Shown here in pieces: positions 1 through 10,251 of a stretch of DNA of 64,000 bases. The DNA is taken from positions 128,001-192,000 of the forward strand of contig CAVQBA010000006.1 in the NCBI GenBank assembly GCA_963710605.1, in the 5' to 3' direction. Under the pieces are notes generated by a model. It did no database searches. It was not told the DNA's origin and saw only the letters and a list, made by a program, of their open reading frames with translations. The translations under genes were made by a program, and so were the position numbers. This DNA is from an uncultured cyanobacterium (GTDB taxonomy: Bacteria; Cyanobacteriota; Cyanobacteriia; Cyanobacteriales; Cyanobacteriaceae). The number at the start of each line of letters is the position of its first letter. The stretch's first letter is position 1.

Positions 1-268
1 TCAACAAGTTAAACAGTTAAAGATGAAAGGGTTTATTCAATTAGCAGGGGGTACAAACGAATATACAGTATCGAAGTTACGTAGTTTGAATTTGCTCCCT
101 TCAACGGTATCTGGTGTGGCTTATGGTAGTCAAGGCAGAAAAATAATTGCGGAAACTCTAACTCAATTAGAATCTATTTGTGAGCATAATCAATTAGAAA
201 ATTATCCTGATTTACTTTGGCAGGCGGTAACACAAGCTAGACAATTGATTGCACCTTTAAAAGAATAG
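1..268 (+). CDS. ldpA: LdpA (light-dependent period Fe-S protein), C-terminal part; gene starts before the window
   Basis: QLAGGTNEYTVSKL...GVAYGS matches the LdpA C-terminal domain as I recognise it; stop at 266-268. Confidence 0.75.
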   Translation, partial: QQVKQLKMKGFIQLAGGTNEYTVSKLRSLNLLPSTVSGVAYGSQGRKIIAETLTQLESICEHNQLENYPDLLWQAVTQARQLIAPLKE

Positions 269-278
269 TGTCAACAAT

Positions 279-345
279 GTTGGGTTTCGCTTTTATTTAT
301 GTATCGTTATATCTCTTGATGCTTTTGTAGCTCAACCCAACCTAC
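279..345. repeat. REP-like dispersed repeat GTTGGGTTTCG...CTCAACCCAACCTAC
   Basis: Inverted arms GTTGGGTT/AACCCAAC; second copy at 20365-20432, half copy at 42889-42899. Confidence 0.75.
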
Positions 346-493
346 AATAAATGCGATCGTACTGCGACGCTAATACACACAATAGTGAAAATTTAATTAG
401 TAAAAACCTAATCATCAGTTATCATAGTTTCGTCTGGTATGATAACTCTATTTGCCGTGTATCGCTAGAAGAAGATACTCGATCGTTTATAGT

Positions 494-654
494 TATAGTT
501 ATTTAAAATAACAGTGAGACAATATTGAAGCTAAAATTAGAGTTTAATTTATTAAACGGTATCTGTTAGCCTTGTCAATTTATTGCAAGGCGAGTTTGGG
601 ATTCATATTTTTACTCTTATTTATACTGTCTCAAACTTAATTAAAATGACTATA
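494..654. mobile_element. MITE-like element with TATAGT...GAGACA / TGTCTC...GACTATA ends and internal TTAGCCTTG..CAAGGCG hairpin
   Basis: Imperfect terminal inverted repeats at 494-521 and 627-654; relatives at ~34338-34500, ~52152-52313 and hairpin only at ~19008-19035. Confidence 0.6.
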
Positions 655-726
655 TCATAGTGTTCGGACACGATCGATTCCAACAAAAATAATTATTCAT
701 TATTAATTATTAATTATTAATTACCA

Positions 727-1794
727 ATGGTGTTTACTGCTAAGTATCAAAAATATAGTTTAAAATTTAAACGTCCTAGTGGTACTTCTCGTGGCATAAT
801 GACCACTAAAGATACTTATTTTGTTTTCCTTAAAGATAGTAATAATCCTAACAAAATTGCGATCGGTGAATGTGGTTTATTAAAAGGATTAAGTCACGAC
901 GATCGACCTAACTATGAAACTAAACTACAACAAGTTTGTCAGCAAATCAAACAGATTAGATCACTAGAAGGAATCAATCGTTTGTGTTTGAGTTTGTTAG
1001 ATTACCCTTCGATTCGTTTTGGAGTAGAAATGGCGTTTCAAGATTTAGTAATGGGTAGCCAACGTATTTTTTACGATAATTATTTTACTCAAGGAAAACC
1101 AATCCCGATTAATGGTTTAATTTGGATGGGTGAAATTGAGTTTATGCGTCAGCAAATTATCAAGAAAATAGAAAGTGGTTTTAGTTGTTTAAAATTAAAA
1201 ATAGGGGCGATCGATTGGGAAACGGAGTTACAATTAATAGCAAGTATTCGTCAAGAATTTTCAGCCAATGACATTGAAATTAGAGTTGATGCTAATGGTG
1301 CTTTTTCTCCCTCCACTGCTTTAGAAAAGTTAGAGCTTTTAGCAAAGTACAATTTACATTCGATCGAACAACCGATTAAACAAAATCAATGGCAAGAGAT
1401 GGCTTTATTGTGCGATCGAACTCCTTTACCAATAGCCTTAGATGAAGAACTAATTGGCATCAACAATCCAGAAGAAAAAGATAAATTAGTAAACTTTATT
1501 TCACCGCAATACCTAATTTTTAAACCTAGTTTAATTGGTGGTTTTAAAGCTACTCAAGAATGGATAGATATAGCAAATGAAAAACAAATCCCTTGGTGGA
1601 TAACCTCAGCATTAGAAAGTAATATTGGATTAAATGCGATCGCTCAATTTACAGCTAATACCAACAATAAAATGCCACAAGGATTGGGTACGGGGCAGTT
1701 ATACACAAATAATATCGACTCTCCTTTAGAAGTAAAAGCAGGACATCTTTACTATCGCCCAAACCTAAAATGGAATTTATCTTCTTTACACTAG
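727..1794 (+). CDS. menC: o-succinylbenzoate synthase (enolase superfamily)
   Basis: KLKIG, RVDANG, IEQP, IALDEE, KPSLIGG, TSALES motifs. Confidence 0.85.
   Translation: MVFTAKYQKYSLKFKRPSGTSRGIMTTKDTYFVFLKDSNNPNKIAIGECGLLKGLSHDDRPNYETKLQQVCQQIKQIRSLEGINRLCLSLLDYPSIRFGVEMAFQDLVMGSQRIFYDNYFTQGKPIPINGLIWMGEIEFMRQQIIKKIESGFSCLKLKIGAIDWETELQLIASIRQEFSANDIEIRVDANGAFSPSTALEKLELLAKYNLHSIEQPIKQNQWQEMALLCDRTPLPIALDEELIGINNPEEKDKLVNFISPQYLIFKPSLIGGFKATQEWIDIANEKQIPWWITSALESNIGLNAIAQFTANTNNKMPQGLGTGQLYTNNIDSPLEVKAGHLYYRPNLKWNLSSLH
1215..1780 (+). repeat. Direct repeat copy 1 (menC 3' half)
   Basis: Nearly identical to 6213-6780, with scattered substitutions and a divergent last ~25 nt. Confidence 0.95.
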
Positions 1795-2097
1795 TGATGA
1801 TTAAGATTGATATAGATTAGTGATACATACCTAATTAATGTGACACATTTTTAAACAGAAATAGTTTATTTTCTGTCTGAATTTTGGGCATTCTAATAAC
1901 ATATCTCATTCTAGATAAATAGAAATATCAGATCGAGATAAAAAGCGATCTATGAAATCAGAAATTAACATGGTGTTAAAGAAAATATCACTAGTTAGTT
2001 ATCAAATGTAAGGAAACAACAAGTTATTTTGATGGTTTTATTTTTCTGGCAATGATTAGTATATGGATTACTAAAATTTTATAACTAGGATAAGTTC

Positions 2098-5000
2098 ATG
2101 ATAGAAAATACCAATAACAATGAGATTATTATCGAAATTTCAAAAAATCTTAAGAAAAAACAAATTGAGCTGATTAAAATAATGTCAGAAGATAAAATCA
2201 AAATAGATTCAAGTATTTCGATTTTATCTGAGTCTCCAAAAGAATTGATTAAAAATTCAACAAAAAATGTAAAAACTAGAATTATTAATTTACTTTACAA
2301 ACTGGAAAAACAAGAAATAGTCAAATCAGAAAATAATATATTTAGCTTAACTGAGTTAGGTCAAAATATTGCTGAATATTTAGAGAAAAATCAAATTCTG
2401 AATAAAGAAAAAAGAAGCTCTTCCCGTCAACTTCAAAAACAAGAAGTTCAAAAAAAAAGGAATGAATTTCTTGAACTATATAAACAAGGCTTGAGTTATC
2501 AAGATATAGGTAATAAACATCAAATTTCTAGAGAAAGAGTTAGACAAATCTTAATAGACAATCCTACTTTTCATGAATATAGAGAAGAACAAGAATTAGC
2601 TAAAATTCAAGCCCAAGAAGAAAAAGAAAAACAAGCTGAAGAAAATTTTTACGAACGAAGTATTGCTTTTCTTTATCCAGAAAAAGTCGATCTGCTCTGG
2701 GATTATGAAAAAAATGGAAATCTTCAACCTGATGAAGTTATCGCAGGAAGTGTAAGTCAATACATATGGCTCAAATGTCCTCTCGATCGATATTCTTGGA
2801 AAAAAAAACCTAACGATATTACAACTAGTTGGTCAAGATATGGAACAAGTGGTTGTCCCAAATGTGCTGGTAAAACAAAAAAAATACAACAAAGACCAAA
2901 ATTAAAAGATGCTTATCCTGATTTTGTCCAGCAATATTGGGATTATGAAAAGAATGATGAATTAAATATTTATCCAGAAAAAGTTAAAACTGGTAGTAAC
3001 AAAAAAGCATGGTTTAAATGTTCTGTTGATGGCAATGAATGGGAAAGGATAATTCATTCAATGGTGGCTCAAAATTGGTCAAAAGGTAATGGTGGTTGTA
3101 GTGTTTGTAATGGTACTCAGGATAGAAAAAAAAGTAAGTGGACAAGAGCTAATCCTGTGGCAGTAGATTTTTCTGAAGAAGTGGCTAAATATTGGCTTTA
3201 TGAAAAAAATAATGAATTAAAGCTCAATCCTAATAAATTAACAACTGGTTCTAAGAAAAAAGCATGGTTCAAGTGTCCTCTCGATCAACATGAATGGGAG
3301 GCATCTATTACAGCTATTGCTAAAACTTCTTGGAAAAAAGGTAATAGTGGTTGTCCTGCTTGTAGAGGATGGATTGCGGCTGAAACTACTTCCTTAATTG
3401 CTCTTTATCCCGAATACATACAACAATATTGGGATTATGAAAAAAATGATTGATTAGGTTTGTATCCAGATCGATTAACAAAAGGTACTAATAAAGAAGC
3501 ATGGTTTAAATGTTCTATAGATGATTACGAATGGAAAGCTCGAATTTATTCAATTATTAAAGGTTCATGGAGTGTCGGAAATAGTGGTTGTGTTAGATGT
3601 AGCAATCGTTGGACAATTGAAGCAATCCGTCAATTTGTAGCTAGTTTAAAAGAACATATTCCTAACTTAACACCAGCAGAACGTTATAGAATATTTGAAC
3701 AATCAGGTATTTTAAATACTCAAAATAAAGAAGGTCTTACAATTGTAAAAGATATTATTAAAGGTAAATTATCGGGAGCTAAATTAGGCGGATTTCTCAG
3801 AGGGGAAGAAACAAAAGAAGATAACTTAGAAAATAGTTTTGATAATAATCTAAATGCTGATGAAGAATTACAAACCGTTGATGATGATCCTTCTCATCTT
3901 TCCAAACATACTTTTCATAAAGATACTGAAAATGCGGAAGAAGAAACTATAGAAAATGAAGATTTACCAAAAATTCATGTACAAAAAAGCCTAGAATTTC
4001 TTAATAGTAAAGTAGTTGCATCTTCAGATCGAGAAGCAGTTGATTTCTTTATTGCTTCCCGAAAAAATCGCATTTGGGCAGAAGTTTTTGAAGATGAGTC
4101 CGCAGTCGAAGGTTTAGAAGAATTTACCGATGAAGGTTATGGCTATCAAGTAAGAGATCAATTTCTTGATGAATATTATCAAGCAAAAAATATGCAAACT
4201 CCTCAAGGTTGGGGTTTTAAAATCAATGGGAAAATAACACCTCCTAACTTAATGCAGAAAGTCTCTGCGGTGCGATTAAATAATGCCAAAAGAATGCTCA
4301 ATTTATCTTTAACTGGAACAGGTAAAACCATTGGTGGAATTTTAAGTAGTCGTATTATTGATGCTAATTTAACTATTATTATTTGTCCTTTTGATACTGT
4401 TAGTAATTGGCATAGTGAAATCAAAAAAGTTTTCCCCGATAGTAAAGTTACAACTAAAAATTTTAGTCCTTATTGGGAAACTATAAAAAATGGACATCAT
4501 TATATGATTTTTAACCATGAAATGTTCCAACAACCCAATACAGCAAGTCGTATTCGTCAACTATTAGAAAAATATCAAATTGATTTAATCATTGTTGATG
4601 AAATTCACAAATGTAAACAAAGAAGTCAAAATCCTTCTAAACGCCGTCAAATGATTATGGGATTAATCACCAATGCCAATGAAATTAATCCTAATCTTCA
4701 TGTTTTAGGGATGAGTGCCACACCAATTATTAATAATCTCAAAGAAGGCAAAAGTTTAGTTGAATTAGTCTCAGGAATAGAAAGAAGTGATTTAGGAGAA
4801 AAAGCCACAACTAATAATTGTATGAAGTTACATCAGGCTTTTGTAACTTTAGGCATTCGCTCAAGGGTAAAACCTAAAATTAAAATTGATAGAATCCAAA
4901 TTCCTATTGATATTTCACATTTAGTTGATGAAATTAGAGAGGAAGGAAAATCTGTTCTCAAAATGGAGCAAATTTTAACCCGTGCTAAAATACCGACTAT

Positions 5001-6171
5001 TTTAGAGCAAATACGACCTAAAACTATTATTTATACTCATTATGTAGAAAGTATAGTTTCTCAATTAAAAGAAGCAATTGAAACTGAAGGTTGGACAGTT
5101 GGCTTTCATTTAGGAGGCAATAAAAGCGGTTATGATGGTTTCGTTAATGGTTCAACGGATATTTTAATTGCTAGTAGTGCAATGGCTGTAGGGGTTGATG
5201 GTTTTCAGAAAGTTTGTAGTCGTTTAATTTTAAATATTCCACCTTGGACAAGTGCCGAATTAGAGCAATTAGAAGGGCGTTTAAATCGCCAAGGACAAAC
5301 ATCTAATATTTTAACAATTGTTATGCCTGTGACTTATGGTCACGATAAAGAAGAATATTGGAGCTGGGATGAAGGAAGATTGGCACGATTAGAGAATAAA
5401 CAAACTATAGCTGATGCGGCGGTTGATGGTATTATTCCTGAAGGGCAATTAAGAACTCAATCTCAAGCTTTTCGTGATTTGAGAAAATGGCTAGAAAGAC
5501 TTAAAACAGGAAAACAAAAATCAATTATCAGACCTAAAATATTTGTACCTTTACCTGAAGACAATCCGAGTGATGTTAAACGTCGTTATGCTCGTTATGG
5601 TGATTTTAGCAAGATGAATGCTCGTTGGAATACAAGTTATAGTCATACACTTTACCAACGTTTACAAGAAAATCCTGAAGAATGGATGCAATATCATACA
5701 CTTTACCAAGAAGCCAGAAAAACATGGAATCTTATTCCTTACAAAGAAACGATTAAATGGCTCGAACAACGTTCAGATTTAATAGTAGGAGACTTTGGTT
5801 GTGGAGAAGCTTTTATCGCTAAAGAATTAGCAGATAAACATACAATTCATAGCTTTGATTTCATTGCAATTAATGATTCTGTAACAGAATGTGATCTGAA
5901 AAATGTACCATTAGAGGATAATTGTCTGGATATAGCAATCTTTAATCTATCTTTAATGGGTTTAAATTACGAGCAATATATTATTGAAGCCTCCAGAACT
6001 TTAAAGTTAGATGGGCAACTTTGGATTTACGAAGCAATATCGAGAATCAAAGATATAAATAATTTTATTCAAAAAATTCAATTTTTTGGTTTTAGTATTA
6101 TCAAAAATATCGAAACTAACAAATTCATACATATTTGGGCAATTAAGTCAGAGTTTAAAAATTACAGTTAA
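2098..6171 (+). CDS. Multidomain protein: N-terminal HTH(s), 4 Zn-ribbon (DUF4379-like) repeats, SF2 helicase, C-terminal Rrp8-like SAM methyltransferase; interrupted by an in-frame TGA at 3451-3453
   Basis: ORFs 2098-3453 and 3460-6171 are in the same frame. Sigma70-r4-like LSYQDIGNKHQISRERVRQIL; WDYEKN...W.KC...GC..C repeats; TGTGKT, DEIH, MSAT, QLEGRLNRQG; DFGCGEA...HSFD...LSLMG. Confidence 0.8.
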
Positions 6172-6212
6172 AACAAACTTTTTCTTTTACTAAATAAATC
6201 ACGATCGTTAAT

Positions 6213-6783
6213 TTGGGAAATTGAGTTACAATTAATACCTAGTATCCGTCAAGAATTTTCAGCCAATGAAATTGAAATTAGAGTCGATGCTAATGGTGCT
6301 TTTTCTCCCTCCACTGCTTTAGAAAAGTTAGAGCTTTTAGCAAAGTACAATTTACATTCGATCGAACAACCGATTAAACAAAATCAATGGCAAGAGATGG
6401 CTTTATTGTGTAGTAAAACTCCTTTACCGATAGCATTAGACGAAGAACTAATCAGCATCAACAATCCAGAAGAAAAAGATAAATTAGTAAACTTTATTTC
6501 ACCGCAATACCTAATTTTTAAACCTAGTTTAATAGGTGGTTTTAAGGCTACTCAAGAATGGATAGATATAGCAAATCAAAAACAAATCCCTTGGTGGATA
6601 ACCTCAGCCTTAGAAAGTAATATAGGACTAAATGCGATCGCTCAATTTACAGCTAATACCAACAATAAAATGCCACAAGGATTGGGTACGGGGCAGTTAT
6701 ACACAAATAATATCGACTCTCCTTTAGAAGTAAAAGCAGGACATCTTTACTATCGTCAACAACTTCAGTGGGATTTATCTTAA
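6213..6783 (+). pseudogene. menC: Duplicated 3' half of menC (no 5' part); direct repeat copy 2
   Basis: ORF 6397-6783 is nearly identical to MenC residues ~225-350; DNA similarity extends upstream to ~6213. Confidence 0.9.
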
Positions 6784-6801
6784 TTATCGATCGATAATTA
6801 A

Positions 6802-7008
6802 GAATTTAATAATAATTCACAAAAAACTAGTAAAACAATGCAAATAGAATTAGAAAGATTTCGCTTAGAGTATCAAACTGCATTACAAAAATTTTCGGCA
6901 ATAGCAAATATTTGTGACAAACTGAATCAAACTTCGATCGGTTTATACGAAACTTCAAAATATCTAATAACTACAGCTAACGAGTTAAAAGATAGTAACG
7001 ATCGATAA
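6802..7008 (+). pseudogene. Probable ZorA C-terminal helical-tail remnant (EFNNNSQKTSKTMQIELERFRLEYQTALQKF...LKDSNDR)
   Basis: Open frame 6802-7008 (ATG at 6838), amphipathic helical composition, directly upstream of the zorB-like gene. Confidence 0.4.
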
Positions 7009-7052
7009 TAGTTGAAATTAAGCTAATTTTTATTTTATTTAAGGGAGACAAA

Positions 7053-7718
7053 ATGACAGGTTTTTTTGATTATGAAACTGAAGAAGAATTATTAGAAGAG
7101 GAAGATTCTGGTGTATGGCTTTCTGTAGGAGACTTAATGTCAGGATTGTTGATGTTTTTTGCTTTGTTATTTATTGCGGTATCCGCTCAACTGGTTGAAT
7201 ATGACAACATTATCAAAAAAATTCCCTTAGCTATTGTTGAAGCGACTAAAAATATTGAGGGAGTAAAAGATAGTATTAAACTTGAACCTAATGGCGATTT
7301 GAGCTTAGATGATAAAATTCTTTTTGATGAAGGGCAAGCTACTTTAAAACCTGAAGGAAAAAACTTTTTGACTAACTTTATTCCTGTATATACTGAAACT
7401 ATTTTTAGTGACGAAATGTTTGACCAGCAAGTATCAAGAATTATTATAGAAGGTCATACTAGCTCAAATGGTTCAGAAAAGCAAAATATGGAGTTAAGTT
7501 TTCAACGGGCATTAGCGGTGAGTGAATATATTAAAACGATCGATTTTCCTTATCAAAATCAATTAAAACAAAAATTGTTAGCCGCAGGCAGAGGAGAAAC
7601 TGATTCTAATCAAACTTTTGACGATTCTAAAGACAGAAAAGTGATGTTACGTTTTCAATTTAAAAGACAGGAGTTAACAAATGTATTCCCAAATCAAACC
7701 AATAATTTAAATCCGTAA
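7053..7718 (+). CDS. OmpA/MotB-family protein, ZorB-like
   Basis: TM segment WLSVGDLMSGLLMFFALLFI with conserved Asp; OmpA motifs IIIEGHT, NMELSFQRA, AAGRGE, DRKV; AAGGGAG RBS. Confidence 0.75.
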   Translation: MTGFFDYETEEELLEEEDSGVWLSVGDLMSGLLMFFALLFIAVSAQLVEYDNIIKKIPLAIVEATKNIEGVKDSIKLEPNGDLSLDDKILFDEGQATLKPEGKNFLTNFIPVYTETIFSDEMFDQQVSRIIIEGHTSSNGSEKQNMELSFQRALAVSEYIKTIDFPYQNQLKQKLLAAGRGETDSNQTFDDSKDRKVMLRFQFKRQELTNVFPNQTNNLNP

Positions 7719-7733
7719 AAGATTAAATTAACG

Positions 7734-7841
7734 ATGAATTTTTTTAAGTCAAAAATAAATTTACCTGATTTACCACCACCAAAATCGATCGAGTTATTAA
7801 AATTAACCCAAGGCATTAAAGGGTTACTCATCAATGACTAA
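7734..7841 (+). pseudogene. 35-aa stub (MNFFKSKINLPDLPPP...), possible ZorC/EH-signature N-terminal remnant
   Basis: ATG 15 nt after the zorB-like stop; frame ends inside a GACTAAAGTC..ACTAC repeat arm. Confidence 0.3.
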
Positions 7842-7869
7842 AGTCATTACTACCAACTTTAATTTAAAC

Positions 7870-7976
7870 TATAGCTTTTTTCATGTTTACGAGGTACAAC
7901 GGAAAATCGGAAGTCCCCTTTATAAGGGGGATTTAGGGGGCTTTCTTTATATTTCACAAGACTAATAATTGCTATA
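7870..7976. mobile_element. ~107-bp MITE-like element (TATAGC...GAGGTACA end; internal AAGTCCCCTT..AAGGGGGATTTAGGGGG)
   Basis: Colinear with the reverse complement of 34233-34341. Confidence 0.75.
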
Positions 7977-7993
7977 TTTAGCTATTACTTTAG

Positions 7994-9526
7994 TTATTCC
8001 GCAAAAGTTTCTACATTACCACTAGGAGAAAGAATCAATCTGATAGTAAGAGGAGACACTTGTGTAAAACCTGAAGTAATTATCTCACCAATCAACGGCA
8101 TTGGTGTTTGATCAATAAATATCGAGGCAATTTGTCCGACAGGTGTTATTCTACTTAAACTACCATCACCGTTTAATACAAGGCGATATTCGATGCTTTG
8201 TGTGAGATTCTCAGGCGGTTGCCATTTGCTTTGAAAATAGGTTTCAACTTCAGTAGAAACATTATTACTAATCTGCTTGGCTATCACTATCGGGCTGTTA
8301 TCTGTGCTTAATTGTTGTCTTAGTTTTACACTCGGCTTGATTTGTTGATTATTTGTGGTTGGTAAATTAGGTAAGTTATTACTAGAATCAAGGCTTGGTT
8401 TTGGATTTGCCGCTGATAAAACAGGTACGGTAGAAGGAGGATTAGTTTTAGTATTAAGTGGTTTTGATGGTGGTTGTTTATTCTCAATAACTTGATCTTG
8501 TTTGATTGTTGGAGGAGAATTAAAAGACGGTTTTATTGCCATAATCACCGATGGGTTAACTTTTTTATCGGTTGAATTTGACGGCAAATTGAATACTTTT
8601 TGTGAAGGAAAAGGTTTTGTTTTTGAGGATGAAGAAGTTGTTTTTGAGGATGGTGTGGGTAAAACACTAGTAATGCTCAAGTTATTTTGCTTTGATGAAT
8701 TGTTATCTTCATTAGGAATAACTAAATCAATTGACGATGGTGTAATATTTGGTGGTGGTAATAATGATTGTTGACGAATTGCTTGTGGCGAAATTTTAGC
8801 TAGATTTGTCTGAGCGGGTATTTTAGGTACAATTGTTTGAGGTATATTTTTAGCATCTAATGGTTGAGGTGGCACAACTGCTTGAACATTCGTGTCATAT
8901 TTGTCAGCAGGTAAATTTTCATCATCAGTTTCTTGGGCTATATCGCTAGCTAAATTTTGCTGATAACGCCACCATCCTAGCCCTCCTGCGGTTGTAATTA
9001 TCGCTATTAGAGCAATCCAAGCACTAGCCGATAACGATCGTTTTTTCTTTTTGATATTTACATTAGTCGCATCCCAATGATAAGTATCTAAAGCATTGAC
9101 AAAATCGACTAGTTGTGTATTATTTAAAACGACTTCGATCGTTTCTGGATGAGGTTCAAAAGATTGATAATAGAGAAGATGGCTATAAGCACTCAATCGG
9201 CTTAAATGAACAATTTTACCTTCTGCTGATAATGGTATTTCGCAAGCGAGTTTTTCTGGTTGCTCCCAAATAGATGTACAGTTAAGATATTCTTGTACAT
9301 ATTTAGTTAATGTTTTTCTAAGTGTTTCAAGCAAATCTCGATCGCCAATTACGGTAATTTTATCTTCTTGTGTTAACCGAGGATCATCAAAATGTAACTG
9401 GAAACTAAATAAAGGAGGAAAATGTTGCGATCGCCATCTACCCCAAAACGGTTGTGGATGATATATTTCTAATGTACAAGTAGGAGGGGTATAACGCCTA
9501 AAAGAATTAAATTTGTGAATTACCAT
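7994..9526 (-). CDS. DUF4335-family cyanobacterial membrane protein
   Basis: RRYTPPTCTLEI N-terminus, FDDPR, one TM segment, Pro/Ser-rich linker, WQPPENL..SIEYRL C-domain. Confidence 0.75.
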   Translation of the reverse strand: MVIHKFNSFRRYTPPTCTLEIYHPQPFWGRWRSQHFPPLFSFQLHFDDPRLTQEDKITVIGDRDLLETLRKTLTKYVQEYLNCTSIWEQPEKLACEIPLSAEGKIVHLSRLSAYSHLLYYQSFEPHPETIEVVLNNTQLVDFVNALDTYHWDATNVNIKKKKRSLSASAWIALIAIITTAGGLGWWRYQQNLASDIAQETDDENLPADKYDTNVQAVVPPQPLDAKNIPQTIVPKIPAQTNLAKISPQAIRQQSLLPPPNITPSSIDLVIPNEDNNSSKQNNLSITSVLPTPSSKTTSSSSKTKPFPSQKVFNLPSNSTDKKVNPSVIMAIKPSFNSPPTIKQDQVIENKQPPSKPLNTKTNPPSTVPVLSAANPKPSLDSSNNLPNLPTTNNQQIKPSVKLRQQLSTDNSPIVIAKQISNNVSTEVETYFQSKWQPPENLTQSIEYRLVLNGDGSLSRITPVGQIASIFIDQTPMPLIGEIITSGFTQVSPLTIRLILSPSGNVETFAE

Positions 9527-9738
9527 ACTCGCTATTTCTGGAAAATTATATACGATCGCTCTTTTTTAAGATAACAGATTAAGATCAAAAATAAGGAGCA
9601 AACAATTGAGCGATCGTCAAAATAATAACTATTAACTATTAACTATCCACTATTAATAAACTTGTGTTCTGTTTCCATTTTTGTTTACAATTTTTTAAAA
9701 TTAGTATATAAAACTTAACATAACTAAAGGAAGAAAAA

Positions 9739-10050
9739 ATGCCAACAATCACTTTTATCAACGATAAAAAAGAAAATCAAGATGTTGTAGCCGCTAATGG
9801 TGCTAATTTGAGAGAAAAAGCATTACAAAACTCCGTTGATATCTACAAATGGCGGGGTAAACTAACTAATTGTGGTGGTTTGGGGCAATGTGCTACTTGT
9901 GTGGTAGAAGTTTTAGAAGGGAGCGAAAATTTATCTCCTCGTACTGACTTTGAAAATCGCCGTTTACGCAAAAAACCTGATAATTATCGTTTAGCTTGTC
10001 AAACTTTAGTTAATGATGGTTCGATTACTGTCAAGACTAAACCTAAATAG
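9739..10050 (+). CDS. 2Fe-2S ferredoxin-like protein
   Basis: [10 protein letters not shown]...RLACQ. Confidence 0.9.
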   Translation: MPTITFINDKKENQDVVAANGANLREKALQNSVDIYKWRGKLTNCGGLGQCATCVVEVLEGSENLSPRTDFENRRLRKKPDNYRLACQTLVNDGSITVKTKPK

Positions 10051-10251
10051 TTAAGGCAGTTAACAGTTAAGAGTTAACAGTTGATAGTTCATTGTTTGAC
10101 TACTATACGATCGTTATTGATGAATTATTAATTGTCAATTATTAATCGTTAATTACAAACTGACAGTTGAGGTGTCCACAAAAATGATATTTTATTCTAA
10201 GTATCTATTTTTTTGTTGATACAATTTAGAAGCAAAATATAAAATAAATAA

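Noticed and set aside
3451-3453. Selenocysteine recoding of the TGA
   Set aside because: The position aligns with Glu in sister repeats, not Cys, and I see no convincing SECIS hairpin
7053-7718. Flagellar stator MotB
   Set aside because: Cyanobacteria lack flagella and there is no motA or flagellar context; ZorB-like fits better
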